Assembly: GCA_028687915.1 (NCBI GenBank)
Contig: JAQTZF010000001.1
Span: 216,229 to 280,228 of the forward strand
DNA from: Candidatus Daviesbacteria bacterium
Lineage (GTDB): Bacteria > Patescibacteriota > Microgenomatia > Daviesbacterales > UBA10151
DNA length: 64,000 nt
Direction: 5' to 3'
Shown here: piece after piece, positions 59,225-64,000 of the stretch
Position numbering within the stretch: the stretch's first letter is position 1
Layout: every line of letters starts with the position of its first letter
The notes under the pieces: generated by a model
Told to the model about the DNA's origin: nothing
The model's input: only the letters and a program-made list of their open reading frames with translations
Database searches by the model: none
Translations under genes and position numbers: made by a program

Positions 59225-59612
59225 AGTACCAGTTCAAACCACAGGTAGAAGAAGAGAAGCTGTAGCCAGGGTTAGAGTAATGGAAGGAAACAGCCAAATT
59301 ATTGTTAATGGTAAGTCAATCAATGAGCGATTTGGTGGACTTATTATGCAAAGAGCATATCAAAGACCATTTGAAGTGACTAAGTCTATCGGTAAGTATA
59401 CTGCAACTTGTAAAGTAGTAGGCGGTGGACAAATGGGACAATTAGATGCAATAGTTCATGGAATAGCCAGATCTTTAGCTAAAATCTCACCAGAATTTAA
59501 AGACGCTGTTAAAGATGCAGGTCTTTTAACCAGAGATCCAAGAGCCCGTGAAAGAAGAAAGATTGGTTTAGCTCATGGAGCCAGAGCCAAGAAACAGTCT
59601 CCAAAGCGATAA
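59214..59612 (+). CDS. rpsI: 30S ribosomal protein S9
   Basis: …GRRREAVARVRV…GGGQMGQ…ARERRKIGL…RAKKQSPKR. Confidence 0.95.
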   Translation: MPNKVPVQTTGRRREAVARVRVMEGNSQIIVNGKSINERFGGLIMQRAYQRPFEVTKSIGKYTATCKVVGGGQMGQLDAIVHGIARSLAKISPEFKDAVKDAGLLTRDPRARERRKIGLAHGARAKKQSPKR

Positions 59613-59697
59613 AACACCCAGTATTAAATAACCAAGATGGTTATTGTATGAAAATTCACAGATATTTTTAGATTGTTGTTCTAAAATAAGGCTAGAT

Positions 59698-60099
59698 ATG
59701 GGTGGAGAAAGAATAAAACCATTAATTCTGGCGGTTAATAAAGATCCAGACATATTAACCCTAATTACCATGGTACTTGAGGAAAATTATAGAATCATTG
59801 AAGCTAGAAGTGGGCTGGAAGGTTTAGATTTTGCTCAGCGTTGCCCTTTGGTTAAAACAATTATTGTAGATGTTTATGAGTCAGAATTAGGTGGATTAAA
59901 TATAATAGACATTCTGGGGGTTTTACCAGAGTCTAAGAAAATACCTCTTCTCCTTATGGGTGCTGATAAAAAATTTCTTGATATATGGGAACAAAGACCA
60001 CGAACAGATACCAGAATGATAGAGTGTCTAGATATGCCTTTTAACCTGCAGGATTTGAATAATAAACTTGATAGTCTGATAAATCCAAAACTTATCTAA
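59698..60099 (+). CDS. Divergent receiver (REC)-like single-domain protein with degenerate active-site residues. ATG start at 59698 is preferred over the track's TTG at 59644.
   Basis: CheY-like fold signature …KPLILAVNKDPDIL…IIVDVYESELGG…IPLLLMGAD…ECLDMPF, but the DD pair is NKD, the conserved Thr is absent and the conserved Lys is Asp. Confidence 0.5.
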   Translation: MGGERIKPLILAVNKDPDILTLITMVLEENYRIIEARSGLEGLDFAQRCPLVKTIIVDVYESELGGLNIIDILGVLPESKKIPLLLMGADKKFLDIWEQRPRTDTRMIECLDMPFNLQDLNNKLDSLINPKLI

Positions 60100-60142
60100 T
60101 TAATCCTGCTTTTAATAAACATATAGCTTTATAGAAGCTTAG

Positions 60143-60595
60143 ATGGTAATATACATCCCAATTATGAAAGAAATACAAAAAAGAAGAGAAGAAACACAAA
60201 ATAGGCCTGTTCTTTTATTAATTGATGATAGCCCAGATTTTAGATCCTTGTGTAAGGAAATTTTTAACTTTAATAATTATGATGTTATTACAGCAGCAGA
60301 TGGTTTTGATGGAATTGAGTATGCAGTAAGGTGTCAAAAAATTAGAGGGATTTTATTGGATATAATGATGCCTGGTCTTAGTGGCTGGGAGGTAGCAAAT
60401 ATCTTAGCTGATATTTCAGAAACCAAGCACATTCCAATACTTTTAATTACAGGTGTGCGTACTAATAATTTAGCAGAACGGATTACAACAGAACATAGGA
60501 ATGTAGATTATTTACATAAGCCGTTTGGAGTAGAAGATTTGCTTTCTAAAGTAGATAATCTTATAAACCTACCATCTCCAAAATCCACTCAATAA
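60143..60595 (+). CDS. Standalone response-regulator receiver domain protein (CheY-like)
   Basis: VLLLIDDSPDF…ILLDIMMPGLSGWEV…IPILLITGV…YLHKPF: all canonical REC residues present, no output domain. Confidence 0.75.
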   Translation: MVIYIPIMKEIQKRREETQNRPVLLLIDDSPDFRSLCKEIFNFNNYDVITAADGFDGIEYAVRCQKIRGILLDIMMPGLSGWEVANILADISETKHIPILLITGVRTNNLAERITTEHRNVDYLHKPFGVEDLLSKVDNLINLPSPKSTQ

Positions 60596-60636
60596 TTAGT
60601 TGCTGACTAAACAAGATTTATGATATTGTTAAGTTA

Positions 60637-60900
60637 ATGAGTAAAGGTAATGTTATTACTGGTATGATATTTTTAGTACTGGGTGTAGTAGTCACTTATG
60701 TGGCTAGTTTAATTGAAATTTTAATAAGTGGAAAAGTATTATCTGGTGCTTCGGGGTTTCCATTTAGGTATGGTTATTCATCCTTTTTTGGAGGAATTTT
60801 TATTGCAGATTCAGCAAGCTCTGTACTTAACCCTTATTTTAAAGGAGTACCTAATCATTTAGTACAAGGTATAATTAAAAACTTTTCTTCAAATAAATAG
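60637..60900 (+). CDS. Hypothetical small membrane protein (87 aa)
   Basis: Hydrophobic N-terminus GMIFLVLGVVVTYVASLIEILI. No motif. Confidence 0.3.
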   Translation: MSKGNVITGMIFLVLGVVVTYVASLIEILISGKVLSGASGFPFRYGYSSFFGGIFIADSASSVLNPYFKGVPNHLVQGIIKNFSSNK

Positions 60901-61434
60901 TTAAGTTTTAATAGAATCTATTTTTTTAATAATTAAATTAATAAATTCTATCTTTCTTTTATAGTATTCTCTGACGCTTATACCATTACCATTTTCTTTA
61001 AGCTTTCTATATTCATCTAATTTTTTTGAGTTAACTCTTAAATAATTTTCAAATTTAATACCATTAATCCAGCCATTATGTTTTTTGTTTATTAAGAAAA
61101 TATCTATATGTTTTCCATCTTCCTCAGTTACAAATCTTACTCTCTCAAGTGGATATAAACTTCTGGGTTGTCCAAAGATATTACTTAAAGGTTTAATTAA
61201 GGAGTTAAATTTAGCAGGGGAGATGGGAATATAAATATCAATTTCATTCTGACCTGATATCCCTAAACTAGTTGCTCCTCGATGCTCGACAGGAATATCT
61301 TTTCCTAATATGTCTTGAATTTTTTGTTTAATTTTTTGATATTTTTGTTCTGCAGTTGGATCAAAAGGAACAATTGTTATTGTATCTTTATTGGAAAGAT
61401 GTGCAATCCATTTTTTCTGATCTTGAGTAAGCAT
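60901..61434 (-). CDS. GrpB-family (nucleotidyltransferase-fold, UPF0157) protein
   Basis: …VEHRGATSLGISGQNEIDIYIPI… matches the GrpB signature (VEHIGSTSVPGL..KPIIDI). Confidence 0.65.
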   Translation of the reverse strand: MLTQDQKKWIAHLSNKDTITIVPFDPTAEQKYQKIKQKIQDILGKDIPVEHRGATSLGISGQNEIDIYIPISPAKFNSLIKPLSNIFGQPRSLYPLERVRFVTEEDGKHIDIFLINKKHNGWINGIKFENYLRVNSKKLDEYRKLKENGNGISVREYYKRKIEFINLIIKKIDSIKT

Positions 61435-61437
61435 AAG

Positions 61438-62424
61438 TTAAAACCATTTTGAATAAAGTTCAATATTCTTGTCAAGATTATTAATGATAGCCAACACCTT
61501 GGAAACCTCTATAATTGCTACCTTTTGCTCATCTTCTGGGAATCTGTTTTCTTGAATTGAACGGCGCATATTGTATGCAAGCCACTCTAACCAATTACCA
61601 GCAATTGCTTCTAAAACTATTTTTGGATCTTCGGTAAAATTTCCACCTGTAGATTTATATCCTTTTAAGAAGTTTTCTACCATTGATTTATCAATTTTTT
61701 CCTCATGTAAACCACTCCAATCCAGTGCTGTTCCGATAAGATCAACACCAGAATTAATTGGTCCTGCTGATTCCCAATCAATAACTATTAGAGATCCGTC
61801 TTCTCGCCATAATATATTTTTCTTATCCATATCTTTATGACTAATTATCCGGCGTTGATTTAAATCTCTCATAATATCTGGATGTGATGTTGCTAAGTCA
61901 ACTAGTTTATCTTTCATATCGTCGCTGATTTTTGACCAGACTAGATGATTCTTTTCAGCTTGGGTAATTAATCCACTCCAGTTAATAGACGAGGTTTCTT
62001 CGTAAGCTGGTACTTCTTTAGTTTCGTCAGTTAGTTTTAAAGAATGAATTTTTCCTAGTATTTCTCCAACTCGAAAAATTTGATTAGGGGTTGGTTCACC
62101 GACCAATATCTTTCCTTCAACCCAAGGAAAGACCATAAAAGTTCCCTGTTCGTTTTCAAAAAGCGGGCTGTTGTTTACCACTAATGCTGGTACAGATGGA
62201 ATTCCTCTGTCTTTCATTATTTGAGCAACTTTTTCTGAATCTAAATAATCTTGTCGTGCTTTTGGACGTGAAATAACTTCCGGGTTTAATTGTTTGATTG
62301 CAAAAATACCAGAACCAGCCTGTACTTTCCACATTTTATGCATCAGACCGCCAGTAACTTGTGTTACCTCTGGTTTTACCTTACCTAAATCAAAATATTG
62401 GCTGATTTCTGTAATAGATTCCAT
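61438..62424 (-). CDS. Phosphotransferase-family kinase (aminoglycoside/choline/anomeric-sugar kinase-like fold)
   Basis: Catalytic loop ISHKDMDKKNILW (HxDxxxxN) and IDWESAG (IDFEY-like metal-binding), …FAIKQ… Lys region. Confidence 0.7.
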   Translation of the reverse strand: MESITEISQYFDLGKVKPEVTQVTGGLMHKMWKVQAGSGIFAIKQLNPEVISRPKARQDYLDSEKVAQIMKDRGIPSVPALVVNNSPLFENEQGTFMVFPWVEGKILVGEPTPNQIFRVGEILGKIHSLKLTDETKEVPAYEETSSINWSGLITQAEKNHLVWSKISDDMKDKLVDLATSHPDIMRDLNQRRIISHKDMDKKNILWREDGSLIVIDWESAGPINSGVDLIGTALDWSGLHEEKIDKSMVENFLKGYKSTGGNFTEDPKIVLEAIAGNWLEWLAYNMRRSIQENRFPEDEQKVAIIEVSKVLAIINNLDKNIELYSKWF

Positions 62425-62461
62425 TTGTAGAGTATATCAGAGAAGGCATTTTAAGAAAAAC

Positions 62462-63877
62462 TTAATTTAAAGCTGCAACATTAACACCTGTGCTAAAATC
62501 TGCTTCTTTGAATTTATGTAAAATTTCATTAATTTGCTTTTTTAAATTATCATATTGAGCTTGGGTTTTTCCTTCAAATTTTACTGTAATATAAGGACCA
62601 TTTTGTGAAGCCCTGATAATCAACATCTCTTCCCTAGTATCCATTCTGACTCCATCAATTTCAACATAATCAGCTTTCGGATATAATTTTTTGATTTCAT
62701 CTCCTATTTTTTTACTAACAAAATCAAATTTTATATTATCCGGACAGCCTATTTTTATTTCTGGGCTGGAGAAATAATGGGGTAGTTCTGAAACAACTTG
62801 TTTTAAGGATTTATTAACGCGTGTTAGATAAGCTAGTAATCTAAGTGAGGCGATTGCACCATCATCATGTCCGTAGAAATTATCAACGAAATATATATGT
62901 CCGGAAAGTTCTCCTCCAAAAGGAGCTTGTTCTTCTGCAACTTTGGCCTTAATAAAAGAATGACCTGTTTTCCAAATAATCGGTAATCCGCCTGCTTCTG
63001 TCACCACATCGCTGACTTGTTTTGAACAAAGTGTGTTAAAAATAATTTTGGCTCCAGGTAAAAAATCTAAAATATCTTTGGCAAAAATAGAAACTAAAAC
63101 ATCATTCCAGATAGTAGCACCATCCTCATCAACCACACCTAATCTATCACCATCAGCGTCATAGCAAAATCCTAAATCTGCTTTTTCTTTTACAACTCTT
63201 TCACCAAGTCTGGCAAGAACTTCTTTTTCAGTAGGATCCGGAGTTCCCACTGGAAAATTACCATCCGGTTTGGTATTTTGCTCAATAACTTTACAACCAG
63301 CTTTACGTAAAATATCAGGAAGATAGACTCCTGTTGTAGCAGCACAGGAATCCACAACGACTTTAAATTTCCTAATTTTATCTATCCTTCGGAAAAGATC
63401 TTCAATATAATCTTTCTTAATATTTTTAGAAATATGCTTTCCTTCTACTCCTCTTGATACAAATTTTCCTGACTGCACTAATTTACGAAACTCTTGAATG
63501 TCATCCGTTAACATAGTTTCAGAGTAACCTGTTCCAAATTTAAAACCATTATATTCTTTGGGATTGTGTGAAGCAGTGACCATTACCATGCCTCTGGTTC
63601 TAAAATAATACTGGGCAAAATAACAAATCTGGGAAAGAGTCATGCCAATATTAAAAACTGTTATACCTGATTCTGTTAAGCCTTTAATTAAAGCTTTGGT
63701 GTAGGAAGGGCTGGATAATCTACAATCGTAACCAACTACACAGTCATATATTCTTCTTTGTAGTAACCATGTGGCATAACCTTTACCGAGTGCTTCAACT
63801 CTTTCCTCATCTAAGTCTTCATCAACAACGCCTCTTAAGTCATAACCTCGGAAAATGTGGTCTGGTATTGCTTTCAT
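62462..63877 (-). CDS. Phosphohexomutase (phosphoglucomutase/phosphomannomutase family)
   Basis: Active-site TASHNP, metal-binding DADGDR, sugar-binding GGELSGH motifs. 471 aa. Confidence 0.9.
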   Translation of the reverse strand: MKAIPDHIFRGYDLRGVVDEDLDEERVEALGKGYATWLLQRRIYDCVVGYDCRLSSPSYTKALIKGLTESGITVFNIGMTLSQICYFAQYYFRTRGMVMVTASHNPKEYNGFKFGTGYSETMLTDDIQEFRKLVQSGKFVSRGVEGKHISKNIKKDYIEDLFRRIDKIRKFKVVVDSCAATTGVYLPDILRKAGCKVIEQNTKPDGNFPVGTPDPTEKEVLARLGERVVKEKADLGFCYDADGDRLGVVDEDGATIWNDVLVSIFAKDILDFLPGAKIIFNTLCSKQVSDVVTEAGGLPIIWKTGHSFIKAKVAEEQAPFGGELSGHIYFVDNFYGHDDGAIASLRLLAYLTRVNKSLKQVVSELPHYFSSPEIKIGCPDNIKFDFVSKKIGDEIKKLYPKADYVEIDGVRMDTREEMLIIRASQNGPYITVKFEGKTQAQYDNLKKQINEILHKFKEADFSTGVNVAALN

Positions 63878-63888
63878 GCTCGTATTGA

Positions 63889-64000
63889 TTATTCTATCAT
63901 GTCTGCCAAGGTCTTTGGAAGATTGTTAGTTGAGTATATACCCTGGCGTAAGATTTCTATTCCTTCTTCACTAATTTTTATTAAAGTTGAAGGGTTTGAT
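63889..64000 (-). CDS. 3' end of an unidentified gene running off the window (…EGIEILRQGIYSTNNLPKTLADMIE*)
   Basis: Open minus-strand frame to the window edge, ending at a TAA 11 nt upstream of the phosphohexomutase start. Confidence 0.3.
   Translation of the reverse strand, partial: SNPSTLIKISEEGIEILRQGIYSTNNLPKTLADMIE

Noticed and set aside
1-64000. Alternative genetic code (UGA recoding as in Gracilibacteria/Absconditabacteria)
   Set aside because: infB, pnp and others terminate at TGA with full-length conserved proteins, so the standard bacterial code fits.
1-64000. CRISPR arrays, rRNA or tRNA genes
   Set aside because: No short regularly spaced repeats and no tRNA-like cloverleaf or rRNA-like conserved stretches seen in the intergenic regions. 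Intergenic space is minimal.

Overview
This window is a low-GC, gene-dense chromosomal stretch whose content points to a reduced-genome bacterium, most likely of the Candidate Phyla Radiation (Patescibacteria) type. Supporting signs: a short 484-aa IF-2, no rpmD (L30) between rpsE and rplO, alanyl-tRNA synthetase ending after the editing domain with no C-terminal domain, and charged low-complexity tails on several ribosomal proteins. TGA is used as a stop codon, so the genetic code is standard (code 11).

Gene order: nusA (3' part), infB, a four-gene NUDIX / catalytically dead DHH-like cluster in the place where rbfA-truB normally sit, rpsO, pnp, a Lon-like AAA+ gene with no protease or N-terminal domain, rnj, ftsK, rodZ-like, alaS (minus strand), ruvX, mltG. 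Then comes one long co-directional run: rpoB, rpoC, rpsL, rpsG, a ~7.1 kb island, a 74-aa GreA coiled-coil-only ORF, fusA, an SPFH/stomatin gene, tuf, rpsJ, a ~0.95 kb non-ribosomal insertion, rplC through rpsI (the S10/spc/alpha operons including secY, adk, map, infA, rpmJ, rpoA), two standalone receiver-domain genes, and a minus-strand GrpB / APH-like kinase / phosphohexomutase cluster.

The island between rpsG and fusA is the most unusual feature. It holds six tandem paralogous genes plus a small Cys-rich gene, with a LemA-TPM pair embedded between them. The paralogs share a near-identical pilin-like N-terminal leader (MNQKGFAPIIIILGIV..GG.YY). Most members share a core motif (NWKTYTNT.YG[YF]SIKYPEN) and a C-terminal motif ending ILSTFKF. 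One member carries a leucine-rich-repeat array. A seventh member lies at 15.4 kb.

Other notable items: imperfect 37-bp direct repeats exactly 500 bp apart that flank a minus-strand membrane-protein gene between rpsJ and rplC; a structured leader with an intrinsic terminator immediately upstream of rplC; a hairpin with a U-tract in the rpoB leader; and an actin-fold ATPase (PilM/FtsA-like) fused to a transmembrane segment and a large extracytoplasmic domain.
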